A program made the position numbers and the translations under genes. Under the pieces are notes generated by a model, which was given only the letters and a program-made list of their open reading frames with translations, made no database searches and was not told the DNA's origin. DNA of 64,000 nt from Eledone cirrhosa (taxonomy: Eukaryota): NCBI GenBank assembly GCA_964016885.1, contig OZ024756.1, forward strand, positions 16,120,001 to 16,184,000, written 5' to 3'. Shown in pieces: positions 15,447-29,129 of this stretch; positions within the stretch are counted from its first letter, which is position 1; every line of letters starts with the position of its first letter.

Positions 15447-15738
15447 CACATATATATATACATACACATATATATACATATATATATATACACATTATAT
15501 ACATATATATATAAACACATATATATATATACATACACATATATACATACACATTTAAACATACACATTTATATATACACACATATATATATACACATAT
15601 ATATATATACATATATATATACATACATATATATATACATACATATATATATATATACATATATATATACATACATATATATATACATACATATATATAT
15701 ACATACATATATATATACATATAATATATACATACATA

Positions 15739-15771
<33 letters not shown>

Positions 15772-15817
15772 GTATACATATACATATATATATATACATA
15801 TATATATATACATATAC

Positions 15818-15938
<121 letters not shown>

Positions 15939-15987
15939 CATATATATACATACATATACATACATATATACATACATATACATATAC

Positions 15988-16100
<113 letters not shown>

Positions 16101-16132
16101 ACATATATATATATATACATATATATATACAC

Positions 16133-16242
<110 letters not shown>

Positions 16243-16253
16243 ATATATATACA

Positions 16254-16453
16254 NNNNNNNNNNNNNNNNNNNNNNNNNNNNNNNNNNNNNNNNNNNNNNN
16301 NNNNNNNNNNNNNNNNNNNNNNNNNNNNNNNNNNNNNNNNNNNNNNNNNNNNNNNNNNNNNNNNNNNNNNNNNNNNNNNNNNNNNNNNNNNNNNNNNNNN
16401 NNNNNNNNNNNNNNNNNNNNNNNNNNNNNNNNNNNNNNNNNNNNNNNNNNNNN
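16254..16453. other. Assembly gap (200 N)
   Basis: Run of n characters. Confidence 1.
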
Positions 16454-16469
16454 AAACGATGATGATGAC

Positions 16470-16500
<31 letters not shown>

Positions 16501-16577
16501 TAGATATACATATATATATATATACATATATATACATATATACATATATATATACATATATGTACATATATATATAT

Positions 16578-16805
16578 ATAACTTTGAATAACTTTGAAAT
16601 GTTTTGGCCAGTATTGGCCCAGGCCATGTCTAACTTAATAGCACCACCTGGCGAAGTCTTTCAATTCAGGATTTGGGCACCATGGCCCATTCGAGAAGAG
16701 AATTACTGTTTGCGGAGACATATCCGGGTGTGGGTGGTTTGTCCGGGATTACTTGGAGGAATTTGTCAAAGACTTCTTGAATTTTGTGTGGTCAGTTTCT
16801 GTTTT
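16578..16805 (-). mobile_element. CR1-group LINE 3' end (family 2)
   Basis: Reverse complement of 61230-61450 (ttgacaaattcctcc...tgaaagacttcgccaggtggtg.tatt...caaagttat tail). Encodes FKKSL..FL..PDKP. Confidence 0.75.
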
Positions 16806-17670
16806 GACGTGTGTGTATATATATATACATATATATACATATATATACATATATATATATACATATAAATACATATATATATATATATACATATATATAC
16901 ATATATATATATATACATATATATATACACATATATATATATATAATATATATATACACATATATATATACATATATATACATATATATATATACATATA
17001 TATATATACATATATATATATACATATATATATATACATACATATATATACATATATATACATACATATATATATATACATACATATATATACATATATA
17101 TACATACATATATATACATATATATATATATACATATATATATATACATATATATATATACATATATATACATATATATATATACATATATATATATACA
17201 TATATATATATACATATATATAGTATACATATATATACATATATATATATATACATATATATACATATATATATATACATATATATATATATACATATAT
17301 ATACATATATATACATATATATATATACATATATATATATACATATATATACATATATATACATATATATACATATATATATATACATATATATATATAC
17401 ATATATATATATACATATATATACATATATATATATACATATATATACATACATATATACATATATATACATACATATACATACATATATATACATATAT
17501 ATATATACATATATATACATATATATATATACATATATATACATACATATATATACATATATATATATACATATATATACATACATATATATACATATAT
17601 ATATATACATATATATACATACATATATATACATATATATATATACATATATATATATACATATATATAC

Positions 17671-17707
<37 letters not shown>

Positions 17708-17734
17708 CATATATATATATATACATATATATAC

Positions 17735-17779
<45 letters not shown>

Positions 17780-18705
17780 CATATATATATATACATATAT
17801 ATACATATATATATATACATATATATACATATATATATATACATATATATACATATATATATATACATATATATATACATATATATATATACATATATAT
17901 ATATACATATATATACATATATATATATACATATATATACATATATATATATACATTATATACATATATATATATACATATATATACATACATATATATA
18001 CATATATATACATACATATATATATACATACATATATATACATATACATACATACATATATAATACATACATATATATACATATACATACATATATATAC
18101 ATATATATATATACATATACATACATATATATATATACATATACATACATATATATATATACATATACATACATATATATATATACATATATATACATAT
18201 ACATACATATATATACATATATATACATATATATATACATATATATACATATATATATATATACATATACATATATATACATATATATACATATACATAT
18301 ATATACATATACATATATATACATATATATATATACATATATATACATAGATATATACATATACATACATATACATATATATATATACATATATATATAT
18401 ACATAGATATATACATATACATACATATACATATATATATATATACATATATATATACATAGATATATACATATACATACATAGATATATACATATACAT
18501 ATATACATATATACATATATATACATACATATATATATATACATATATATACATATACATATATATATATACATATATATACATAGATATATACATATAC
18601 ATACATAGATATATACATATACATATATATACATATACATATATATATATATATATTATACATATATATATATATACATATATATATATACATATATATA
18701 TATAC

Positions 18706-18736
<31 letters not shown>

Positions 18737-19013
18737 CATATATATACATATATATATATACATATATATATATACATATATATACATATATATATATACA
18801 TATATATATATACATATATATATATACATATATATATATATACATATATATATACATATATATATATATACATATATATATATACATATATATATATATA
18901 CATATATACATATATATATATACATATATATATATATACATATATACATATATATATATACATATATATATATATACATATATACATATATATATATACA
19001 TATATATATATAC

Positions 19014-19060
<47 letters not shown>

Positions 19061-19393
19061 CATATATACATATATATATATACATATACATATATATACA
19101 TATATATATATATACACATATATATACATACATATATATATATATACACATATATATACATACATATATATATATACATACATATACATATATATACATA
19201 TATATATATATACATATATATAAATACATATACATATATATATATACATATATATACATACATATATATATATACATATATATACATACATATATATATA
19301 TACATATATATACATACATATATATATATACATATATATACATATATATATATATACATATATATACATATATATATATATACATATATATAC

Positions 19394-19442
<49 letters not shown>

Positions 19443-19623
19443 CATATATACATATATATATATATACATATATATACATATATATATATACATATATATA
19501 TATACATATATATACATATATATATATACATATATATACATATATATACATACATATATATATATACATATATATACATATATATATATACATACATATA
19601 TATACATATATATATATACATAC

Positions 19624-19656
<33 letters not shown>

Positions 19657-19699
19657 CATATATATACATACATATATATATATACATATATATATATAC

Positions 19700-19746
<47 letters not shown>

Positions 19747-19805
19747 CATATATATATATACATATATATATATATACATATATATATATACATATATATA
19801 TATAC

Positions 19806-19838
<33 letters not shown>

Positions 19839-19892
19839 CATATATATATACATATATACATACATATATACATATATACATATATATATATG

Positions 19893-19939
<47 letters not shown>

Positions 19940-19968
19940 GTATATATATATATGTATATATATATATG

Positions 19969-20015
<47 letters not shown>

Positions 20016-20097
20016 GTATATATATATATATGTATATATACATATATATATATACATATATATATATACATATATATATATACATATATATATATAC

Positions 20098-20144
<47 letters not shown>

Positions 20145-20181
20145 CATATATATATATACATATATATATACATATATATAC

Positions 20182-20228
<47 letters not shown>

Positions 20229-20768
20229 CATACATATATATATACATACATATACACATATATATACATACATATACACATATATATACATACATATACA
20301 CATATATATATACATACATATATTTATACATACATATATATATATATACACACATATATATATACATATCTATATATATACATATATATATCTATATATA
20401 TACATATCTATATACACATATCTATATATATACATATCTATATATATACATATACACATCTATATCTATATATATACATACATATATACATATATATATA
20501 CATACATATATACATATATATATACATACATATATACATATATATACATACATATATTTATATATATACATACATATATATATATACACATACATATATT
20601 TATATATATACATACATATATATATATACACATACATATATAATATATACACATACATATATAATATATACACATATATATACATACACATACATATATA
20701 ATATATACACATATATATACATACACATGTATATATATATATATATGCACATATATATATATACACAC

Positions 20769-20799
<31 letters not shown>

Positions 20800-20850
20800 T
20801 ATATATATACACACATATATATATATATACACACATATATATATATATAT

Positions 20851-20895
<45 letters not shown>

Positions 20896-21012
20896 AATAT
20901 ATACATATATACATATAAATATATACATATATACACACATACATATATGTTCATACATATACTTACATATACACATACGTACATACATATACAAATATAC
21001 ATACATATATAT

Positions 21013-21043
<31 letters not shown>

Positions 21044-21076
21044 CACATACATATACATTTCGACGGCTATTACTGG

Positions 21077-21124
<48 letters not shown>

Positions 21125-21614
21125 GCGTTCATTAGATTCTTGTAACATTTTAAGCCATTTTTAATATCTGGCAATCCTATCTCTACACCTAAAAAAAAGG
21201 CCATTGTGTCTATTTATCTTACACATATACGTTTGTATGCAGAGTAATTATATACTTTTATATATATATATATATTATATACACCTATCTACATACATCC
21301 ACAGTGTCTTTATCCACGCATACATTGCAACTTTTCTTATACACAAACTATACACAGACTATTTTTTATACATACATATACGCATCTTTGTTTATATATA
21401 TACTATATTGTATAAAATTTAGTGATTATAATCATACATTCAGGATATATATATATATATGTACTATTTCTCTGGTACCGTGTCTTTATTGATGTAGTTT
21501 GTGGTAAATATTATCAACACTACTACCATCACCATTATCAGATTTTAATACCTTCATCTCTTCCCATACAACTACTACATAATAAAACTTATTATTTCTT
21601 GTGATAAAACTTAC

Positions 21615-22332
21615 CAGTTTTTCGTCGTCGCAATGTAACATAGGGGAGGAGGTCTTGGCGGCCCGTGATGGCAAGAGCATGCAAGATCTTACCGAAATTG
21701 GTACCATCAACCATACCTGCCCTTTCTAAGGCCATGAAATAATCGTAGCCATCGTTCACCTTCTTCATTAAAGACCTTTGGTCAATTTCGTCCGTCACTC
21801 GTCGTCTGGATGTGGAGGAAGAAGACGATGATGAAGAAGTAGAAGCTGAAGATGATGAGGAGTTTTGCGGATGAGATTTCAGGTTTTTAGCTTCCATCGC
21901 ATGATGAGTACGAACAGTTCTACCACCACGACTGTTATTACTTGTATTATTATTACTATTATTATTACTGCTGTTGTTGGTTGTCGAGGAGGAGGAGGCC
22001 GTGTTGTTGTTATAAACACCACCGCCACTATTATTAGCATCCGAGCGGCATTTCATGTCTTTACCTCCTCCAAAGTTCGAAGAGACGTCAGAGAGTCCAT
22101 TGTTTGTGAGACATACTACTTCTTTCGGGGTTAGTCTGTCTCCTACCAGATGGAACATTTCATTGAGAGAGAGCATCTGTTGACAGTTATCCAGTTTAGA
22201 GTGTCCAACAGCTTTTTCACCATCGAGCGCCATTTTCAGCCTGTCACCACAAAATATCTGCACCTTTTCAATGTACCTCCTCTTTGTTGAGCTGTCTTTC
22301 TGTATCTTCTTCGGCGACCCCACCCCAATCAT
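21615..22332 (-). CDS. DEDD: DEDD coding exon 1 (death effector domain with a low-complexity insertion)
   Basis: Translation MLSLNEMFHLVGDRLTPKEVVCL...VNDGYDYFMALERAGMVDGTNFGKILHALAITGRQDLLPYVTLRRRKT matches the vertebrate DEDD DED (LYSLHRMFDIVGTHLTHRDVRVL...RNGRDFLLALERQGRCDESNFRQVLQLLRIITRHDLLPYVTLKRRR) and keeps the RxDL motif. Donor G|GTAAGT at 21615/21614, phase 1. Start is either ATG 22332 or ATG 22233. Confidence 0.9.
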
Positions 22333-23034
22333 TGGAAGGACTCCATTGCTGTGGTATGAATCATTTGTAGCTTAATTTAATGCACATACGTAACTGGGTT
22401 TGTAATTCTTAGATCTAAATCTTAAAACACTATATTATTCTCACTAACTGATCCCGCCCCACTCACTAATTCCCCTACCACTTTCACGTATCGCTCCCTT
22501 GTGCGTTAGTTTATTTTATTCCTATTCGAATTTCTATATTCCAGAATAACGGTGGGAGGAATCAGAATAGCTGCTTATGATACGCTTATATTCTCGGAAA
22601 ACGATATAAAGCGAATAAGAGAATGAAGGAATGGGAAGTAAACGCAACCCAAATACTTGTTCGAGAATAGAGTCAGAATACGTTAAACCAGCATTCTTCA
22701 AGAAACAATTAAAAAAGTATAGGAAAATAGATTTAAACAAAATAATGATACTGTATTAATTATTGTCGTAAAGTATGGATGACCAAAGCGGCAAAAAGTA
22801 ATATATCTTATATACTAGCTAAATCACTGGAAAGACGAAAAGTAAAATAGGTTGAAGACATATTTGTAGTTAAATTATACCATAGTGATGTTGTTTTAAA
22901 TATGGTCTTTAGTTCTGTTTTAGTCATAAGGACTATGGCCATACTTGGGCACTTGTATGGGACTTGAAGATAATGTATAAAAACAAAATCTTCTATAGTA
23001 TTTTCATATATATAATGTTTATATAATGTGTGTG

Positions 23035-23089
<55 letters not shown>

Positions 23090-23276
23090 ATGTATGTATA
23101 TATATATATATGTATGTATATATGTGTGTGTGTGTGCATAGAGAGAGAGAATGTGTGTATAATAGGAAATTAACAGTTTAGTGAGACCATATTCAGCAAA
23201 GTACTCGAAAGTTGGGAAAGTTGAAACGGCATGAGTTCAGCTGTCGGGTACTAACTTTTCACCATATATGAATATC

Positions 23277-24395
23277 ATCATCACCGTTTTATGTCCATTC
23301 TTCCACGTTAGCATGGGTTAGATGAGTTGATCTGTTGTGGGCAATGCTAGGTAAGGTGACCATGTCTTGCTTATATAGAACTGCTTTTGGCTTGGTTTCT
23401 ACAGGTGGATGCCATTCCTAACATCAACCTCATTGACAGTGAGTGCTGGGTGTTTTTTGTTGTAACGCCTACATGACCACTTTACAGTGTGGGCTGGGTG
23501 TTTTTTGTCATGACACCTACATGGCCACTTTACAGTGTGGACTAGGTGCTTTTTGTCATGACACCTACAAGGCCACTTTAAAGTGTGGACTGGGTGCTTT
23601 TTGTCATGACACCTACATGGTCACTTTACAGTGTGGGCTGGGTGATTTTTGTCATGACACCTACATGGCCACTTTACAGTGTGGACTAGGTGCTTTTTGT
23701 CATGACACCTACATGGCCACTTTACAGTGTGGGCTGGGTGCTTTTTGTCATGACACCTACATGGTCACTTTACAGTATGGACTGGGTGATTTTTGTCATG
23801 ACACCTACATGGCCACTTTACAGTGTGGGCTGGGTGCTTTTTGTCATGACACCTACATGACCACTTTACAGTGTGGGCTGGGTGCTTTTTGTCATGACAC
23901 CTACATGGTCACTTTACAGTATGGACTGGGTGATTTTTGTCATGACACCTACATGGCCACTTTACAGTGTGGGCTGGGTGCTTTTTGTTGTGACACCTAC
24001 ATGGCCACTTTACAGTGGGAGGGTGAGATGGGTCATACTATATTTATGCTTCAGCTTTGGCCTGTGCTGTGGGAAGTCGGGTCTTCTGTATTACTGCATA
24101 ACACCAGAGATCTGTCCTGTGTCATTGCCTATGCAAGGTACAATTGGGCAAGGTCAGCTTTATCCACCTCATCCCAAGTCCTCCTGGGTCTTCCCACTCC
24201 AAGGCTTCCAGCGATTTGAGCGATCTGTACATTTTTATGCAGTTGTCATCCTTCATACGCATCACATGTCCATACAAACATAATCTCCTCCCTTGCACAC
24301 AACATTTGATTCCTTTTATGCCTAGTATCTCTCTCTCAGTTCATTTATACTTTGCATGTATATTACTATTACACATCCATTGGAGCATGCAAGCT
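23277..24395 (-). mobile_element. RTE subfamily B 3' end (ORF end plus long 3'UTR) with an internal minisatellite
   Basis: 24160-24395 encodes YGHVMRM...GRPRRTWDEVDKADL and continues into the ggaa(g/t)ggcatcc body and (TGA)n tail. Colinear with 24770-25137. Confidence 0.8.
23440..24020. repeat. 39-bp minisatellite, about 14 copies
   Basis: Unit gtgggctgggtgctttttgtcatgacacctacatggccactttacagt-like. Confidence 0.95.
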
Positions 24396-24404
24396 TATAT
24401 CATC

Positions 24405-24610
24405 GTCATCATCATCATCATCATCATCATATTACGTCCGCTTTTCCCTGCTTGCAAGGGTGGGATGGGTCTTATTCAGCACAGCATCTCTCCACTTGTC
24501 ACGGTCCTTCGTCATCTCCACCGTGAGCTTCAGCGATCTGAGGTCTGCTCTCACCACCTCTGCCCATGTTTTTCAAGCTATACCTCTACTGTATCTTCCT
24601 TCAACTGGCA
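24405..24610 (-). mobile_element. RTE subfamily A 3' end fragment
   Basis: Reverse complement of 28475-28675, with a (CAT)n tail. Confidence 0.9.
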
Positions 24611-24769
24611 TTATATATATATATATATATGTTTGTGTGTATGTATATACACACACATACCTGTGTGCAATGTGACAGGTATGCAAGAGTAAACGAGGCC
24701 ACACTCACTACTGAAACCATATTGTTGTGAAGTGAACTTCATAACTACACAACCATGTCAACACCTATA

Positions 24770-25137
24770 TCATCATCATTACCGTTTTACGTCCGTTCTT
24801 CCACACTAGCATGGGTTAGACGGGTTTTCTTGTGGGCAGTGTCCGGTCGGCTGACCTTGTCTTGCTCATATGGGAACTGATTCTGGCTTGATTTCTACAG
24901 CTGGATGCCCTTCCTAACACCAACCTCATTTACAGTATAGGCTGGGTGCTTTTTTGCCGTGGCACCTCCACGACCACTTTGCAGTGGGAGGTGTGGGGGC
25001 ATATTGTCTATATGCTTCAGCTTCGACTTGTACCCAAGGGGGGTCGGGTCTTTTGTATTACTGCGTGACGCCAGAGATCACGGTCGTGTGTCATCGACTT
25101 TGAAAGGTGTAATTGGGTAAGGTCGGCTTTTAACACC
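24770..25137 (-). mobile_element. RTE subfamily B 3' end (unexpanded copy)
   Basis: Minus strand reads VLKADLTQLHLSKSMTHDRDLWRHAVIQKTRP, then a 3'UTR containing gttggtgttaggaagggcatccagctgtagaaatc and the tail ggaagaacggacgtaaaacgg(TGA)n. Confidence 0.8.
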
Positions 25138-25162
25138 TATATATACATACATATAGATATAT

Positions 25163-25212
<50 letters not shown>

Positions 25213-25229
25213 TTATTTTTATTTTCTTG

Positions 25230-25510
25230 AGTGTGGGAACATAGAAATAATCGGGCTGGATACCCGATCGTGCAGATAAACCACTGGAAGTGAAGGACCC
25301 CCAAGCCCTTGTCAGAGCATTCTTCTAGGAGAAGGCATCTCGGGAAACTGTGTTAACTCTGACGTAAAACCTGCGGCTCAGTAGTTACCGATGATGTTGA
25401 TCTTCTTTTGGGGTTATAGCTACTGTCGCTCAGAGAGTGGGATTGGCTCAGTGCACAGTCTTTCCTCACTTTAAAAATATTCTTCACGCACAGGCATTGC
25501 ACGATTGCAT
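25230..25510 (+). mobile_element. RTE-type 5'UTR fragment
   Basis: aagcccttgtcagagcattcttctaggagaaggcatctc resembles the minus-strand motif at 11080-11130. Confidence 0.45.
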
Positions 25511-25599
25511 TAATTAATAATTATTAATAGTGTTATTATTATTGTTAAATAGTGTTATTATTATTGTAAAATGGAGGGGTAGAGAGAGCCCATGAGTCC

Positions 25600-28500
25600 A
25601 GTAAGACAACCTCTCTAGTACTGGTGGCACGAATAAAAGAACCCAGTCCATGCTGTAAAGTGGTGCTGGTGTTAGGAAGGGCATCCAACCAGTATATATA
25701 CTACTGCCAAAAACTAAGAGAACAACAAATAAGAATTGCAACAACTGCGTCAACAGTAATAACACTAACCACATTAGGGATGCGCACGGTAGTGGGGTGG
25801 CTGGCAAGGATGATGGGTTAGGGGGAGTAGGCATTTTCCTGGCTGAGAGATGGATCACTAAGACAATAGAGGTCGTTCGAGTTAATAATAGAATAATTAA
25901 GCTTAGATTAGTTGTAGGCAGGAGACTACTGACAATCATCTCTGCCTATGCTCCCCAAGCAGGCCTAGGTAAAGAAGAGAAAGACTGCTTTTACGAGCAA
26001 CTTTTACAAACAGCCGCAATGACAGAGGACGGAGACATCGTTATGCTAGCAGGGGACTTCAATGGTCATGTTGGACAGCTCCAGGATGGTTACACTGGGA
26101 TACATGGTGGGCACGGTTACGGCTCAAGAAATGAAGAAAGAGTGAGACTTCTTGAATTTTGTGATGCAATTGCACTAACCATTTGCAACACTAACTTCCA
26201 AAAATCTGCCAACCACCTAATAACCTACAAATCAGGCGACCACATAAGCCAGATTGACTTCTTACTAGTTAGGCAGCAGGACAGGCAGATGGTGTCAAAT
26301 ACCAAGGCATACCCTGGGGAAGAATGTACCCCACAGCATAGGTTAGTCATTAGTGATATCTCAGTAAGCAAGAGACAGAATGAGACATACAGGAAGGTGT
26401 AGAGAAGAAAGGTCTGGAAGCTAAAAGACCTTTCACTAAAATACAAATTTAGGAAAGCCCTTCAAGATGTGTATGATGAAAAAGATGATTTAGAATCAAA
26501 TGACATAGATGATAACTGGAATTTCTTACGTGACAACTAACTGCAGGCTACTGATGAAACTTGTGGCTGGAGCAGAGCTCCAACCAAACAGAGAGTGACC
26601 TGGTGGTGGAACAACACAGTAGATAGGGCCATTAGAGACAAAAGACTAGCATGGAATGCTTGGAAGGGTGGGAGTAGAGAAGGATATACAGCCGCTAAGA
26701 GAGAAGCTAGACGTCAGGTGTACTTAGCACGCAAGGAGGCTGAGAATAGTAGGTTTGCCAATGTTCTGCGACAGGAAGATCAGAGATGTGCGGTGTTCCG
26801 CATTGCAAATCAGGATGTTGTTGGTGATAAATGTGTGCGGAATGATGCCAGTGTACTTAGTATCAGAAAAAGGAGGCCTGGAAATGTCATTATGAGAGAC
26901 TGATGAATGTGGAGAACGAATGGGAGAGAGAGAAATTACCCTCAGTAGATCCGACAGAGGGACCAGCTATTGAGATTGACGAATATAGGGTCAAAGAGGC
27001 GATTAAGGAAATGAAAAATGGTAAGGCCGCTGGACCGTCGGGGATAGATGCTAAGATGCTGAAGGCATCAGGGGACTTAGGCACTAAACTGGTTGCACAC
27101 ATCATCAATCAGGCTATATATGGCGGTGTCATACACAAAGACTGGTGCAGCAGTATTCTCATAAATTGCAACAAAGGTAAAGGGGATGCTCTGGAGAGGA
27201 GCAATTATAGGGGTATAAAACTGATTGATCAAGTTATGAAAGTGGCAGAAAGGATATTAGCGCAGCTAATTAGAGAAAGGGTCAAACTAGATGAGATGCA
27301 CTTTGGTTTTGTGCCAGGGAAAAGTACAACAGATGCCTTCTTCTTGGTGAGACAATTACAAGAGAGGTTCTTAGAGAAGAATAAGCCACTATACTTAGCT
27401 ATTGTTGACCTAGAGAAGGCCTTTGATAAGGTACCCTGATCTGTCATCCAGTGGTCCCTAAGGAAACTAGGTGTTGAAGAATGGCTTGTGAGGACAGTGC
27501 AAACTTTGTACAGAGGTGCTGTCAGTAAAGTCAGAGTAGGAATGGAGTTTAGTGAGGAATTCCAGATACAAGAAGGAGTATATCAAGGTTCGGTCCTCAG
27601 CCCACTCTTGTTCATTATAGTACTCCAAGCCATAACAGAGGAGTTTAACACTGGCTGTCCATGGGAACTTCTCTATGCTGATGATCTGGTTCTTATAGCA
27701 GAATCAGTAGAGGAACTAGAGAATAAATTCTGGCGATGGAAACAGCAGTTGGAAGCACGAGGACTGAGAGTGAACCTAGCTAAGACAAAAGTGTTGATGA
27801 GTAGAAAAGAGGAGAAAACTCTGATTCCGTCAGGGAAATGGCCATGTTCGATATGCAGAAAAGGAACTAGCATAAATTCTATAAAATGTACACAATGCAG
27901 ATCTTGGGTACATAAGAGATGTAGTGGGATACCAGGCAAACTAACAGGTAGGGAGAAATATGTATGCAGTAGATGTACGGGGAAATTTGACAGTAGAAGT
28001 CGCATTGATAGACACATTTTTGGAATGCAGGTGGTTGCTATAGAAGTGATTGCTAGCTTCCAGTATCTAGGTGATCAGATTAGCATGGGAGGGGTGTGTT
28101 CTGAGGCCATAGTATCTAGAATAAGGACAGGTTGGAAGAAGTTTAGGGAGCTGCTTCCTCTGCTGACGAAGAAGGGTTTCTCCGTGCTTACGAAAGGCCG
28201 GTTATATGATGCCTGTGTGAGAAGCGCGATGCTGCATGGTAGTGAGACATGGGCAACAACTGCAGAGGATATGCGACGGCTGGAGAAACATGAGGTAAAC
28301 ATGCTCCGCTGGATGTGCAATGTCAATGTGCGTGAACGACCGAGCATGAATGTGTTGAGAGAGAAACTGTGTCTGAGAGGGATAGATTGTAGTGTGCAGG
28401 AGAGGAGACTGCAGTGGTATGGACATGTGATGCACATAGTGGATGACCGATGGGTGAAGAAGTGCCAAGAAATGCCAGTTGAAGGAAGAGGTAGTAGAGG

Positions 28501-28675
28501 TAGACCACGAAAAACATGGGCGGAGGTGGTGCGAGCAGACCTCAGATCGCTGAAGCTCACGGTGGAGATGACGAAGGACCGTGACAAGTGGAGAGATGCT
28601 GTGCTGATTAGGACTCGTCCCACCCTTGCAAGCAGGGAAAAGCGGACGTAAAGTGATGCTGATGACGATGATGAT
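25600..28675 (+). mobile_element. Near full-length RTE-clade LINE (subfamily A), pseudogenised: APE endonuclease, RT, PHD-like finger
   Basis: EN motifs GGVGIF, SAYAPQ, GDFNGHVG, SQIDF, QHRLV. RT motifs NYRGIKL, DLEKAFD, QGSVLSPLLF, YADD. C-terminal WYGHV...GRPRKTW and a (TGA)n tail. Stops at about 26400, 26538 and 27437, plus a frameshift near 26870. Confidence 0.95.
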
Positions 28676-29129
28676 ATATTTATCATTCATTCAGCCCCAT
28701 TGTTCTCTGTGGAGCATAGTCTATTGACGAGATTTTGATATGATTTATTTTGAGAACAATACCTTAACATCAACATGAGTGGCCAGTTACAGCCGGTTTG
28801 AACAGAAATCGGTGAGAAAATTCTGGCCGCATACAGCCGGTTTAAATGCTAAAGCATGAAACTGGGTGACATATGAAGTCTACCATCCAAGCTGGTCACA
28901 CTCGGATTGGAACTTAGAACACAAAGCGCCTGAACCAAAAAAAAAAAAAGCCTTGAGGCATTCTCACCAGAAATTCTAACAATTTTGTCCATCTGTAAAA
29001 AGAAGGAAGGCTAAGTGGAAAAGTGGACGTCTGTTAATGTGAACTCTGTACAATGGTCACAACCACAAGGATATGGTCCGAATGTGAAAGAGCCGAACTC
29101 TCACTGTCACTACCTCCATCTCCCTCGCC

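Noticed and set aside
23443-24219. 258-aa Cys-rich repeat ORF, and the 90-605 ORF
   Set aside because: In-frame minisatellites inside retroposon-derived sequence; no splice or start support.
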